Shown here: positions 49,366 to 60,764 of the stretch, piece after piece | Layout: every line of letters begins with the position of its first letter | How positions within the stretch are numbered: position 1 is the stretch's first letter | NCBI GenBank assembly: GCA_963714015.1 | Contig: OY970223.1 | Coordinates: 768,001-832,000 of the forward strand | Source of the DNA: Vulcanimicrobiota bacterium | Lineage (GTDB): Bacteria; Vulcanimicrobiota; Vulcanimicrobiia; Vulcanimicrobiales; Vulcanimicrobiaceae | Direction of reading: 5' to 3' | DNA length: 64,000 nucleotides | Program-made: the position numbers and the translations under genes | Notes under the pieces: generated by a model | Database searches by the model: none | Told to the model about the DNA's origin: nothing | Seen by the model: only the letters and a program-made list of their open reading frames with translations

Positions 49366-49587
49366 ATGGCTGATGGCCCGGTAATTGTAAACGAGGGCGG
49401 CGGGGGCGGCGGCGGGAGCGCAGCGGCGGTCGGCATCGTCGTCGTCGTGCTCATAGCAATCCTCATCGCGGTCTTTGTCTGGCATCCCTGGTCGACGTCC
49501 GCGACATCCAGCGGATCCTCGACATCCACTTCCTCGGGCACTACCAATTCGAGTACGTCCGTCAAGACGGGCGGAGGAGGAAAATAA
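49366..49587 (+). CDS. Small single-TM protein with Ser/Thr-rich tail
   Basis: AGGAG RBS; MADGPVIVNEGGGG..TM..STS-rich tail. Confidence 0.65.
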   Translation: MADGPVIVNEGGGGGGGSAAAVGIVVVVLIAILIAVFVWHPWSTSATSSGSSTSTSSGTTNSSTSVKTGGGGK

Positions 49588-49590
49588 CGC

Positions 49591-49749
49591 ATGGCCGGTC
49601 TTCTTTGGGCCATTATCGTCATTCTGTTCATCTTCTGGCTGCTGGGTTTTTTGGTCTGGCATCTGGGAGCGATCATTCACATCGTCATCATCGTGGCGAT
49701 CGTGCTGCTGATCATCAACCTGCTCACGGGCCGCGGGGCGCGAATCTGA
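49591..49749 (+). CDS. Small membrane protein (lmo0937/DUF5670-like); not in the ORF track
   Basis: GGAGG RBS; MAGLLWAIIVILFIFWLLGFLVWHLGAIIHIVIIVAIVLLIINLLTGRGARI. Confidence 0.75.
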   Translation: MAGLLWAIIVILFIFWLLGFLVWHLGAIIHIVIIVAIVLLIINLLTGRGARI

Positions 49750-49773
49750 GGAGGATGGTAAGATAACGGCATA

Positions 49774-51450
49774 ATGCCGGCATCCAAGGGCAAAGGAGCG
49801 GGCCGGACCGTCGCCGAGCGGGGCTCGCTCCAACGTTATCAGGCAAAGCGCGATTTCCAAGATACACCCGAGCCGCGCGGCGCGCGCGCCAAGAAATCGT
49901 CAAAGCTGCGGTTCGTCATTCAGAAACATCGCGCAAGCCGGTTGCACTACGACTTCCGTTTGGAAGCCGACGGCGTTCTCAAATCGTGGGCAATTCCCAA
50001 AGGTCCGTCATTCGATCCGGCCGACAAACGCCTAGCGATGCACGTCGAGGATCATCCGATGGATTACCGCACGTTCGAAGGGATCATTCCCAAAGGCAAC
50101 TACGGCGCCGGCGAGGTGATCGTGTGGGACGAGGGCACGTACGAATTGGTCGAAGGCGACGATGCTTCCGAAGAGATCGGGCACGGCAAGATCAAATTCG
50201 TGATGCACGGTAAAAAAATGCGGGGCGAATTCACGCTGGTGCGCATTCGCGGCCGCTCCGGCGAGGGCGGCGATCCGTGGCTGCTGGTCAAGGACCACGA
50301 CGAGTTCGTCGATACCAAGTACGACATCGCCAAAGACGACAAATCGGTCAAAACGGGACGCACGGTGGAATCCTATGCGAAGGATCCCAAAGCGCCGCAC
50401 TGGATCTCCGATCGTCCGTCCGCGCAAGCCTCGAGGGCCGCCGAAAAAAAAGCTCGCACCCGCACTAGGCGGGATTCCATTCCGAATGTCAAGACGCCCA
50501 TGCTTGCAACGCTCGTAGACGAGCCGTTCGATGACGAGGAGTGGCTCTTCGAGATCAAATGGGACGGCTACCGCGCCATCTGCACGGTCGATGAAAAACG
50601 AAACCTCTCGCTGGTCTCGCGCAACGGCTTGGACTTTCTTGCCAGATTTCCGGAACTCGAACAGCTTAAAGACGCCTGGACCAGTCTGCCGATCGTCGTC
50701 GACGGTGAGATCGTCAGTCTGGACGATCAGGGCCGTTCGTCGTTTCAGCGCCTGCAGGAGTCGCTCAACAGCCGGCGCAGCAACGGGCGCCCCAAAACGT
50801 CACGCAATCCGTTGATGTTTGCCGCCTTTGATTTGATCTACGCGGACGGCAAGGATCTGCGCAAAGAGCCGCTGGAGGAGCGCAAAGCGCTGCTGGAGCG
50901 ATCGATAGCGGATAACGCCGTCGTTCTGTTTTCCAAACACGTCGCCGGTCACGGGTGCGCACTCTTTCATCAGGCCGAGGAACGGCATCTGGAAGGCATC
51001 ATCGGCAAACGGCGCGATTCGGTTTATCAAGAACGGCGCACGCGCGACTGGGTCAAGATCAAAGCGCAACTGATGCAGGAGTTCGTCATCGGCGGGTTCA
51101 CCGAACCGCGCGGAAGCCGGACCGGTTTCGGGTCCCTGTTGCTGGGCCTCTACGACAAAGGAAAATTGTATTACGTCGGTCACGCCGGGACGGGGTTCAA
51201 CACCAAAACGCTGCAGACGATGACGCGCGACTTGAAGAAGATCGAGCGCAAGACCTCACCCTTCGTCAATCCGGTCGAAGCGAATGCCAAGGCGCATTTC
51301 GTCGAACCAAAACTCGTTGCCGAAGTGCGCTTCACCGAATGGACCCGCGATAATCTGCTGAGGCAGCCCGCCTTCCTAGGATTGCGCATGGACAAAGATC
51401 CTAAGAACTGCAAACGCGAGCGCGCGATCGACACGGACGAAGTCACCTGA
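49774..51450 (+). CDS. ligD: NHEJ DNA ligase D, phosphoesterase and ligase domains
   Basis: FVIQKHRASRLHYDFRLE, KSWAIPKGPS, EIKWDGYR, EGIIGKR, W.KIK. Confidence 0.93.
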   Translation: MPASKGKGAGRTVAERGSLQRYQAKRDFQDTPEPRGARAKKSSKLRFVIQKHRASRLHYDFRLEADGVLKSWAIPKGPSFDPADKRLAMHVEDHPMDYRTFEGIIPKGNYGAGEVIVWDEGTYELVEGDDASEEIGHGKIKFVMHGKKMRGEFTLVRIRGRSGEGGDPWLLVKDHDEFVDTKYDIAKDDKSVKTGRTVESYAKDPKAPHWISDRPSAQASRAAEKKARTRTRRDSIPNVKTPMLATLVDEPFDDEEWLFEIKWDGYRAICTVDEKRNLSLVSRNGLDFLARFPELEQLKDAWTSLPIVVDGEIVSLDDQGRSSFQRLQESLNSRRSNGRPKTSRNPLMFAAFDLIYADGKDLRKEPLEERKALLERSIADNAVVLFSKHVAGHGCALFHQAEERHLEGIIGKRRDSVYQERRTRDWVKIKAQLMQEFVIGGFTEPRGSRTGFGSLLLGLYDKGKLYYVGHAGTGFNTKTLQTMTRDLKKIERKTSPFVNPVEANAKAHFVEPKLVAEVRFTEWTRDNLLRQPAFLGLRMDKDPKNCKRERAIDTDEVT

Positions 51451-52412
51451 TGGCCGGCGCGAAGGTCGAATTGGCCGTCGGCGGCAAGAGCTGACGCTTT
51501 CGAACCAAGACAAAGTGCTGTTTCCGCGCGACGGGTACACCAAAGGCGATCTCATCGCGTACTATCGCAGCGTGGCCAAGTGGCTGCTGCCGCATCTGGA
51601 GGATCGCCCGCTGACGCTGCAGCGCTTCCCGGACGGTATCGACAAGCCGTCGTTTTTCGAAAAACAGGCACCCCGCTTTACGCCGGACTGGATACCCACC
51701 GTCGCGCTTTCGGCCGAACAGGACTCAAGGAAGATCTCCTACCTCCTTTGCAACGACGAAGCGACGCTGACGTGGTGTGCTAATCTTGCATCGATCGTGC
51801 TGCACGTGTGGTATTCGCACGTGCCGACGACGGATTATCCCGATTACGCGCTATTCGATCTGGACACGTGCGAACGAACGACGATGAAAACACTCGCGAC
51901 CGTGGCGATCGCATTCCGGGATACGCTGGGCGATATCGGACTGCAGGCGTTGACGAAGACTTCAGGCGGGTCGGGACTCCACGTCGTCATTCCGCTTCGA
52001 CCCAAATACGACTACGAGACGATCAAACAGTTTGCCGAGATCGTGGCGCGCCACGTGGCAGCTCGAATTGCCCGAATTGACGACGCTCGAACGCACCGTC
52101 TCGAAGCGGCCGAACACCTCCGTGTATCTGGACTGGGTGCAGGTAGGGCGCGGGAAGACCGTCGTTCCCCCGTACGTCGTTCGCGCTCGTGACGGGGCGC
52201 CGGTGTCGATGCCGCTGGACTGGTCCGAGGTCGAAGACCTTGCACGCAAACGCGCAACGCCGGCCGCCGTTTTCGCGCAATGGAACATTCGCAATGCTCT
52301 CAAACGGCTGACCGGCACGGGCGATCTGTGGCGCGGAAACCATTGGAAACCGGCTGCGCTCGAAACGGCACTCCGGAAGGCGCAGCGCGCCTGGAGCCCA
52401 AAGGTTTCCTAG
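51450..52412 (+). CDS. Stand-alone LigD polymerase (AEP primase-polymerase) domain; indels near 51490 and 52070
   Basis: LSNQDKVLFP, TKGDLIAYY, RFPDGI, FDLD, KTSGGSGLHV, VPPYVVRAR, VSMPLDW. Confidence 0.9.
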
Positions 52413-52466
52413 GGTATAATCAAATGCCGGCGTTTCGGATCTGCCGGAAGGAGAAAAGACGTACTC

Positions 52467-53321
52467 ATGGCTCATGCGATATGGTCGGGGGCGATAAATT
52501 TCGGGCTGGTGACGATCCCCGTCAAATTATTCACGGCTGTTCGTACCAATGATTTGTCGTTCAATATGCTTCACAAAAAGGATGAAGGGCGCATCAAGTA
52601 CGAGCGCGTCTGCTCGGTCGACGGCAAGGCCGTTCCTTGGGACGAGATCGTCAAGGGTTACGAGTACGAAAAGGGCGAGTATGTGCTCCTGACCGACGAA
52701 GATTTCAAAAAGGTCAATCCGGAGGCGACGCAGAGCGTCGACATCCTGGAGTTCGTCGATCTCGACAAAATCAACCCGATGTTCTTCGACAAACCTTACT
52801 ACCTGGAGCCCACCAAACAAGGCCGCCATGCTTACGCGTTGTTGCGCGAAGCTCTGTCGCGCGCCGGCAAAGTCGCAATCGCGCGCGTCGTCATTCGTAC
52901 CAAAGAGACGATCGCCGCGGTAAAACCGGACGGCGAAGCACTGGTGCTCGAACTGATGCACTGGGCCGATGAATTAGTGGAGCAGAGCGATCTGGATTTC
53001 CCGGGCGACATCAAGCTTCCCGAACCCGAAATGAAGATGGCAAAGATGCTGATCGACTCGATGAGCGTCGACGAATTCGAGCCCGAGAAGTTCACGAACC
53101 GGTATCACGACGAGATGATGGCGATGATCGAAGCGCGCGCCGCCGGTAAAGAAGTCCCGCAGCCCAAGAAGGCGCCGCGCCCCTCGAAGGTCGTCAACCT
53201 CATGGACGTGCTGCAGCAGAGTCTGCAAGAGAGCAAAAAGGCCCGAGCGGGGCGCAAAGAGCAGGCACCGAAACGTGCGGCGCATCGCGCCTCACCGGGA
53301 CGCAAAAAGAAAAGCGCTTAG
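52467..53321 (+). CDS. ku: NHEJ Ku protein
   Basis: AIWSGAINFGLVTIPVKL, IVKGYEY, VVNLMDVLQQSL; basic tail. Confidence 0.96.
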   Translation: MAHAIWSGAINFGLVTIPVKLFTAVRTNDLSFNMLHKKDEGRIKYERVCSVDGKAVPWDEIVKGYEYEKGEYVLLTDEDFKKVNPEATQSVDILEFVDLDKINPMFFDKPYYLEPTKQGRHAYALLREALSRAGKVAIARVVIRTKETIAAVKPDGEALVLELMHWADELVEQSDLDFPGDIKLPEPEMKMAKMLIDSMSVDEFEPEKFTNRYHDEMMAMIEARAAGKEVPQPKKAPRPSKVVNLMDVLQQSLQESKKARAGRKEQAPKRAAHRASPGRKKKSA

Positions 53322-54529
53322 AGCTTCTCGACTTCGGGACTCAGGCCGGGCGCCGCAGAAGCGGCGCCTTTTGCATTCCGTTCGTCGTCGGAACCCGCCT
53401 GGGCCGTCCCCATGATGAATGCCACGACGGCAAAGAGCAGCGACCACGCGCCGGCCCATGCGGATCCCAAACTTCCCAAAAAAGCCGTCGCCACGGGCGG
53501 CGAGATAATGCCCGCGAATGAATCGAGCGAGGACGTTACGCCCAGCACCGTTCCCTGTTTGCGATCGTCCGCGGCGCCACTGATGAGCGCGGTTAGCCCG
53601 GTACTGCCGAACGCCATCCCCATGCTGAAAAAGATCATTAGACCGGCCATTTGCCATACGTTGTGAATGAAGGGCACAAAAGAGAACCCGACCACGAGCG
53701 AGCCGATGCCGATCGTCGACATCACCCGGTTGCCCAGGCGGTCGGACGCGCGTCCGACCACGATCGCGTTCATGAACGCATTGACGACCGAGAATACGGC
53801 GAACAGATACGCCGTCTCTTTGAAAGAGAAATGCAGCTGATGCGCCAGGAAGAGCGCCTGAACGCTGAACCAGCCGTACAGCGTCAACGAAAGAGCGAGC
53901 TTCTGCCAGAGCTTCGAGGAGAGCTTCGGATCGCGGAACGTGCGGACGATCTCGCCTAGGCCGACGGCACTTTTCTCTTCAAGCTTCGTGCGCGATTCGG
54001 GAAGGACGATGATCGTAACGATCAGCGTTATGAACTGCAGCCCCGCAGCGACGTAGAGCGGTACCGAATATCCGTACGTCGAGAGTGCGCCCGCAATAGC
54101 GGGTCCGAACGTGAAAGCAAACGCGAACGTCGCCCCGATGTATCCGAACGCGCGCGCGCGATCTTTCGGCGGCACCAGATCGGCGACGTAGGCCTGCGTG
54201 ACGCCGATATTTCCGCCCGATGCGCCTTCCAAAACGCGGGCCGCGAAGACCCATGCGATGCTCGGCGCCCATCCCAGCATGCCCCATCCGATCGTCGCGC
54301 CGATTTGACTGATGATCAGCACGCCCTTGCGCCCGATGCGATCGGAGACGTTTCCCCAAATGGGGCCGGAAATGAGTTGACAGAGCGAAAAGACCGAAAA
54401 GAGCACGCCGACCACGAACGGTGAAGCGCCAAAGTGCGTGACGTAATAAGGAAGCAGCGGAATGAGCATGCTGAACCCGAGGATGTCGATGAACGTTATC
54501 CCGAGGATTGGCAGCAGCGCTTTGATCAT
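53318..54529 (-). CDS. MFS transporter (DHA1/TetA-like)
   Basis: [10 protein letters not shown] (motif A), ARVLEG, AYVAD, LPES; 12 TM. Confidence 0.9.
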   Translation of the reverse strand: MIKALLPILGITFIDILGFSMLIPLLPYYVTHFGASPFVVGVLFSVFSLCQLISGPIWGNVSDRIGRKGVLIISQIGATIGWGMLGWAPSIAWVFAARVLEGASGGNIGVTQAYVADLVPPKDRARAFGYIGATFAFAFTFGPAIAGALSTYGYSVPLYVAAGLQFITLIVTIIVLPESRTKLEEKSAVGLGEIVRTFRDPKLSSKLWQKLALSLTLYGWFSVQALFLAHQLHFSFKETAYLFAVFSVVNAFMNAIVVGRASDRLGNRVMSTIGIGSLVVGFSFVPFIHNVWQMAGLMIFFSMGMAFGSTGLTALISGAADDRKQGTVLGVTSSLDSFAGIISPPVATAFLGSLGSAWAGAWSLLFAVVAFIMGTAQAGSDDERNAKGAASAAPGLSPEVEKL

Positions 54530-55470
54530 GCTGCTTCGATCGGCAGCACGATCGGCTGCAGGCGTTGGTTCTTGCGGACGATGGTCAGGCGATAGCTGCG
54601 CGCCAAATCGATGAGCGTGAGGTGGCGATGCAGATCGTCCACGCTCAGAATGCCGGCGTCTTCGAAGGCGACCAGCAGATCGCCCTCGCGCAGTCCGGCA
54701 GTTTCGGCGGGACTTCCCGGTTCGACCGAAACGATCATCACGCCGCGCGAGGCGCGTAAATCGTGCGCGCGCACCAGACGGCGCGGGACCTCGATGTCTT
54801 GACCGGCGATCCCGAGGTAGCCGCGGCGGATCCTCCCGTCGCGCATCAAGATGCTGCCGATGAACTTAGCCGTGTTGATCGCAATGGCAAAGCAGATTCC
54901 TTGACCGGGAAAGACCGCGGTATTGACGCCGACCACCGCACCGTCGGCCGTTACGAGCGGTCCGCCGGAGTTTCCGGGGTTGAGTGCGGCATCCGTTTGG
55001 ATCACGTTGTCGATGAGCCGTCCTGATTGAGCACGCAGCGATCGTCCGAGCGCGCTTACGACGCCGGCCGTGACGGTGTACTGAAGCCCGTACGGGTTGC
55101 CCACTGCCACGACGAGTTGCCCCGGCTGGAGGTACGACGAATCGCCGAGCACCGCCGGCACTAAGTCGGGCGCGTCGATGCGCAAGACGGCGATGTCGGA
55201 GTGCTCATCCTCCCCTGCCAGCGCCGCCGGCACCTCACGGCCGTCCAGAAGGGAGACACCGATATGCTCGGCGCCGTGCACGACATGGCTGTTGGTCAGC
55301 ACGAAGCCGTCCGGCGTGAAGATAAAACCGGAGCCGTTTCCGCCGCGCCGCGCCGTGCGGACCTCGATCGCGACGACGGACGGGCTGACCGTTTGCGCGG
55401 CGGTCGTCACGGCTTGCGAGTAAGCATCCAGCGGCGCAGGCTCGGAAACTAAACGTAGAGGGGCAGACAT
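54526..55470 (-). CDS. HtrA/DegS-type trypsin-like serine protease with PDZ domain
   Basis: [30 protein letters not shown] motif GSPAETAGL. Confidence 0.93.
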   Translation of the reverse strand: MSAPLRLVSEPAPLDAYSQAVTTAAQTVSPSVVAIEVRTARRGGNGSGFIFTPDGFVLTNSHVVHGAEHIGVSLLDGREVPAALAGEDEHSDIAVLRIDAPDLVPAVLGDSSYLQPGQLVVAVGNPYGLQYTVTAGVVSALGRSLRAQSGRLIDNVIQTDAALNPGNSGGPLVTADGAVVGVNTAVFPGQGICFAIAINTAKFIGSILMRDGRIRRGYLGIAGQDIEVPRRLVRAHDLRASRGVMIVSVEPGSPAETAGLREGDLLVAFEDAGILSVDDLHRHLTLIDLARSYRLTIVRKNQRLQPIVLPIEAA

Positions 55471-55577
55471 GGTGGCCTCATCAACCCTTTACCGGACGGT
55501 CCCGGTTTCACGAAGGGCTCGGGTGCCCCGAGGCGAATCGGAGCCGGTCGACTCAGGCCTGTCCTGAGCTCCGAAGC

Positions 55578-55661
55578 GCCCAGATGGCGGAATTGGTAGA
55601 CGCGCTGGTTTCAGGTATCAGTGGCCGCAAGGCCGTGGGGGTTCGAGTCCCTTTCTGGGCA
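55578..55661 (+). tRNA. tRNA-Leu (CAG)
   Basis: GCCCAGA/TCTGGGC acceptor stem, D-loop GGAATTGGTAGAC, anticodon loop TTCAGGT, long variable arm, GGTTCGAGTCC; CCA not encoded. Confidence 0.96.
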
Positions 55662-56450
55662 ATTTCGTCTCAGCTAAATCCAAAGTATAAAAATACTTTG
55701 GATCGAGCACAGACGAATCGCCGAATACTTTGGCTTTGCCATTTCTCGTCCCGGCCTGTGGGCATTGCCAAAAACGGCGCGCGCTCGTTTCAAGAAACCG
55801 CAACAAGGCCCCGATCACATAGATCGCGCCGCTTTTTGCCGGGCTGACTAGCGACGTCCGCCGCGACCAACGGCGCGTGTCACCCACATAGTCGTTTGCC
55901 GTCGAACGCGGGTGCGCGTGGCCGGTCGTCCTCAAAATAAACCGCGGAGGGTGTCCTTCAGTGCTCTACGAATCGCACGATTTCCATGATCGCGCCATCG
56001 GTCAGCGTCAGCATGGAAGCTGGCCCACCGAACCGCACCTCCGTGCAACCTTTTGAAACCGAACGGTGTTTAGCATTGGGTCCCGGCTCAGCAGCCGCGG
56101 ATGTCCCCGTCATCGGCTCTTCCGGTTACGGTCAGTCTAAGAATAGAAGAGCGCGAACGATGCTTGATTCTTGTCTGGCATTTAGTAGCGAGAGATAAGG
56201 CAAGAACAGACTTAGAGTAAGGCGCTTTTCCAGCTTGCCGCTGGACGAGCTATCTGAATATAAGGATGTGTTGCCAGTGCGTAAAACAGCATGGGCGCTA
56301 TTTATTGGCGTCGTAGCTGGCCTTATTGCTAACCTCGTGTCAGCAATTTGCGCCGCCTTTCTTGGGTTTTAACGAAACCCCGCGCCCGTAAAGGGCCAAA
56401 GGGAGCAGCGCAAGCTGCTCCTTCGCTATTTCCCGCGACGTAGCCACGTG

Positions 56451-57987
56451 CTACGACGCGTATGGTAGGATGATTCGACGCAGTGACGTGATGTTGGTTC
56501 CGAGTGTGACGCTCACGGGCTCGCGCAGTTGGTACTCCCACGCTGCGATCCGGCGTGCGTTATGAGCAATGGCGATCCCGTACGCCTCGTTCGTCTGAGC
56601 AGTTCCGACGAGTTCCTGCGCCAAGAACGTGCAAAACAACTCTCGCGCCGTCTCCAGGCTCGTTGGGCCTTTCGCCGGATACTTTTGCGCGAGCCGTTTC
56701 ATTTCAGCTTTACGCGTGCGCGACTTGATGTGGCCGCTGACGCGCTGCTCAGACGAAAAGACGCCTTCCATGCGCTGACGATACCGGTGAAACGTTCGGT
56801 AGATCGCGGGATGTTCGCGGCGCAGAAACTCCATGAACGCCATCGTCTCGCGTCCGAACTCGGCATTATCGGGATTCACCTTCTCTTTGATCATGACCAT
56901 CAGCATGATGCCTAGATCTTGAAGCGCGCCGTAGTGCTCGTCATCCCAGTAGGCTTTGTCGCCTACAACGAGCTTCACGTTCGGATTCAGCGCACGTCGC
57001 ACCAGATCGGGCAGGTGCTTCACGTCGGCGGTTCCTTCCCCGAATTTCAACGTGCAGCTGAGCGAGTAGATCAACCCTGACATCAAGCCTGCGACCGTGT
57101 GGACCTTGACGAAGCCCTTGCGGTACTTGGTGCGCTTTTCGATGGCGTCTTCGCTGAAGAAGTATTTCTGGAGAATCCAGATGGCCGCTTTTGACGTTCC
57201 GAAGCCGGTGGCGTCGATCCCTAGGATGCGATCCATTCCGCGGCCCGGACGTGACGACGCTTTCAGCAGGCGTTTGAGGGTGTCGAGCACGAGCGGATCG
57301 CCATGAACTTCGAGAGGGTCTCGTCGCTCAATGCCTGCTGATTTTTGTATCCCTCCCGAATGCCTCCGAGCATGCGGTACCGAGGGTCTTTTTCGAGATC
57401 TTCCCTCAGCTTGTGCGCTTTGACGCCCTCACCGGCCTTGACGAGAAGCGCATAGACGAGCGCCGCCCACGGGATGCGCGGCTGTCCCCGCTTGGATCGA
57501 CGCGGTCGGGGATCGGTCAGCAGGCGGCACATGTCGTAGAGGTGGTCGCGGAGGCGCTGCGTGTCTTCTTGAGCCTGGTTGACCCGCGTGGTGAACCGGT
57601 CGCCATACGGGTGGACTACCTGGGGCAGCTCCAGCCGGCGGGCGAGGGCGTACGGGCCCGGAACCCGGCAGGTTGTTCTCCAGGCAGTAGTAGGCGGTGT
57701 GCCCGCACGCGCCGACCCGGTTTGTCCGGTAGACTGTGACACATGCCCGTGATGCGCTTCGTCTTGTGCTGGACCTTGTAGAGCGCTCTCCGTTCGCCGT
57801 CGGCATGTTTCGAGTAAAAAATCCACAGCGTCGGCGACACTTTTTCGATGTCAAAGCGGCGGGCGTAAGTCTCGGACGCCTCGTCGTCGGGCAACATCGC
57901 GGGCAACAGAATGACTGGCGCTGGCAGCCCGAATTCGATGAGCTGGCTGGCGACGTCGTTGATTTCCCGCTGCACCTTGCTCATCAT
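56451..57987 (-). pseudogene. IS5/IS4-type DDE transposase with a possible degenerate N-terminal SWIM-like Zn finger; ~3 frameshifts
   Basis: Catalytic-like ILGIDATGF (D), FVKVH, VVGDKAY (D), YRQRMEGVFS (E); RGQPRIP hook; C...CGH near the N-terminus; split over 4 ORFs. Confidence 0.72.
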
Positions 57988-57990
57988 TTG

Positions 57991-58262
57991 CTAGCGGCTC
58001 TTTCGAAAGCCCTCCCGTGATCGTGCAAACGCCTGCCAAATGTCTTCGGCCTCAGCGTCGGTTTGCGCCAGCAGCCATGACGCTGGAATCAGGCGGGCAT
58101 CACCGATCTTCCGGGGATGATGCCGGCATAAACGTCTGCGTAGATCGTGCGTAGACCAAGTCCGGTAAGATTTGCCACTCCGCGCGGACGGTAGTACAAG
58201 CGTTCAATGGGGGTTGCTCGCTCACTCTTTTGTGTCGTTGTCCTGTTTTTTTGCGTTCGCAT
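57991..58262 (-). CDS. Excisionase/AlpA-like HTH DNA-binding protein; one indel
   Basis: LYYRPRGVANLTGLGLRTIYADVYAGIIP followed, after a frame change, by ARLIPASWL; ends just upstream of the transposase. Confidence 0.55.
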
Positions 58263-59180
58263 TCGCGAGGTGATCTCCCGGTTGCACAGGCAAATAGGTG
58301 ATCGAAGAAGACTCGACTCGCACACGCCACATTGTGTCGATCCTTCTTAATCGCTAACGCCGCTTCCCGGAAGTCTCCGTCACCTCCGCCTCGGGTGCCT
58401 CGATGGCCGCTGGCTTAACTTCGCGGCTCGCCGCGCGCATTAAGGCGTCCGCTTCGCGTGCATTTTTTTCAGGCAGCGGCACGCATTCTATCGTTAGCCC
58501 GGCGTCAAAGCGCCTTGGATCTTTCAAGTGAGCATTTGGTGAAAAGCCGGATAGGTCAGTAGCAGCGTGCGCTTCGGTGCCTGCACGAGAGCGACAGAAT
58601 AGATTTCACTAATTGCGTTGTGCACGTCGCCCGCGGAAATCGTTTTCCCGGCCGTAAGGCCGGAAAGTCGCCTCGATGCTTGCGACGATGGTGGCATCCG
58701 ACGCAGCCGCGTCGAATTCTTGCGATTCGGAGTCAGTTTCAAGAACTGCGTGCTGAACTCTACGCTATGGATCTCCTGAGCCGTGGCCTCGCACGTGATT
58801 CTCGACGACCGTGGTCAGTAACGCGTGTTAGCCATTCAGACGACTCTGCGCACTTCGACGCGCGGCAATTCACAGACGACGGCCGTTGCGCCCGGCGACA
58901 AATCCAACGCGGCGGCAACGCCTTCCGGAGCGGACTCCGACCAGGCTTCGAACAAGGACAACGCGTTCAATACGACGCCGTCAGCGCCGTCCACCCTGAC
59001 CTCATAAAATGCCGAAGACTGCATGCTAGCGCCAAGGCTGGGTCTACTACTGCGGCGAGGGAGACGCCGGATCGCTCGAATCTTCGGGCATATCACCGAA
59101 TCGCACGGATAGGTCGCCATCGCGGTTCTGAAAGGCCCCCCATCTTCACGTGTCCATCGTCGAACATGATGTACGTATCT

Positions 59181-59549
59181 CTAAACCGGCAATTGTTCGC
59201 ATTCCAATGCAACTGCCAATCGGTTGTTCTTGCTCACCATCTTCGTCTGCGCATCGTACGAGAGCAGTACGGCGTCGCCATGCATCCGAACGATCCTCAA
59301 CGTATACGGCTGGCACGCGGAGTCGATCTCCCTTGCGGACGCACCTTCAGAATAGACCTTCAACGTATCGCCGTTTGCGAGCGTCAACGATCCGCACAGG
59401 TCTCCCGAGCCGCAATCCTTCACGGCGGTGGCGACGGAACCGTCCCGCATCTGAACATGCAACGGACTGTCCAGACTCGGATCGGCGGCTAATCCGACGG
59501 CAGCGCTCGTCAAGAGAAGGGCTAGACACATAACACCCGTCCTAAACAT
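59181..59549 (-). CDS. Hypothetical secreted protein (3' end uncertain)
   Basis: GGAGA RBS, signal peptide, several Cys. Confidence 0.45.
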   Translation of the reverse strand: MFRTGVMCLALLLTSAAVGLAADPSLDSPLHVQMRDGSVATAVKDCGSGDLCGSLTLANGDTLKVYSEGASAREIDSACQPYTLRIVRMHGDAVLLSYDAQTKMVSKNNRLAVALECEQLPV

Positions 59550-59824
59550 TAAATCTCCGCGTCAAGACAAACGAAAAATCGCCAGCATCCAAAGAAGGCG
59601 CCCGCGTCGAAATTCGCTTCAGCGGGCGAACTCCCTGGGGCATGTCCGCGGTAGTCGCCCATGGACGCCGTCCACATGGACCCGTTAACGGGTCAACCTC
59701 CAACATTCTACGCATTGCGGTTGCCCGCAGATTCCACGTTGATAGCGCGCAATGCGCTCCAGCATCCATACAGCGCAGGCAGCGCCTCTCGTACGTTCCC
59801 AACGTCCGAATCTTGTGACTACTC

Positions 59825-60730
59825 TCAACTATTTTCAGCGTCGCCGTTTTCCATTCCACTGACACGCAACCACTGCTGGTAGGCGCTCAAAACCGTCGAA
59901 GCAACATGTACCGCGGGACCGAACTTCGCGTGCAGACTCTTTTGTCGTTCGACGTCAATCGCATGGTGAGCGACATCGCTGTCGTCACGAAGCCGTCGCA
60001 AAGGTTCGATTTCATCTGCAAAATAACCATAGGAAATCCCGAAGTTGCGATAGCGCCTCTGATAATCCCGATCCACACTGGGATCGCCAATTATGACCGA
60101 AACGGCTTTCCAAAGATTCAGTATCATCGCCGACGCAAGCACGTCGAAATCTGGCGTACCAAACTTAGCGATAACGCCTTGGTTTGCAATCAACATCAAT
60201 GCGTGCCGGTAATATATCAGTGCCCTGTCTAGTCGCTCGTCCGTCGTTGCGGAAAGCAAAGCGGCTCGCGAAATCTTTTCGCAAAGCATGTGTGTGTCGT
60301 ATGTCGTGAATGAAGCCAGATCGCCGAATCTAGGCAGCGGGTACGCCTTGCCAGCGTCGTCGCGAAACGAAACCAGTTCGTACGAAATCTGCTGTTCCAG
60401 TTGAACGGACGCCGATTCCATAAGCCGGTTCAAAGAATTCGTGATCCTGAAAAGTGCTTCCGAGTGTGACGCAACTGGCAAATCACACACGACCATGATG
60501 TAGTTGTCGTTCAGCGTCATCCGGAATCCATCTAATACGAAAGACACGCGCACGGCGTCCTCGTCTTCGCGATACCGTGACATCGTGCCGTGCCCGACCT
60601 TTCGGAGCGTTGAAGTATCCAAGGCCGCTGAAACAATTTCTGCTTGACCAGACGGATAGACGGTCTTCGTCCCGTCTGGGACGCCGAAGATGCCCGGAGG
60701 AAATATCTCCGCATGGACGATGTACGTCAT
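59825..60730 (-). CDS. HEPN-like (MauJ/ApeA-type) domain protein
   Basis: 301 aa; C-terminal LDRALIYYRHAL...LNLWKAVS...RRLRDDSDVAH (R-x5/6-H). Confidence 0.55.
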   Translation of the reverse strand: MTYIVHAEIFPPGIFGVPDGTKTVYPSGQAEIVSAALDTSTLRKVGHGTMSRYREDEDAVRVSFVLDGFRMTLNDNYIMVVCDLPVASHSEALFRITNSLNRLMESASVQLEQQISYELVSFRDDAGKAYPLPRFGDLASFTTYDTHMLCEKISRAALLSATTDERLDRALIYYRHALMLIANQGVIAKFGTPDFDVLASAMILNLWKAVSVIIGDPSVDRDYQRRYRNFGISYGYFADEIEPLRRLRDDSDVAHHAIDVERQKSLHAKFGPAVHVASTVLSAYQQWLRVSGMENGDAENS

Positions 60731-60764
60731 TCACGAGCCTTTCACTGATTGACGCCGCGCGGCT

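Noticed and set aside
53318..54529. Tetracycline resistance gene tetA
   Set aside because: Only generic DHA1 MFS motifs are present, there is no tetR, and the context is chromosomal core. The substrate cannot be assigned.
58336..59120. Short ORFs in the island (58524-58742, 58836-59120)
   Set aside because: No motifs or clear RBS, so they cannot be supported as genes.
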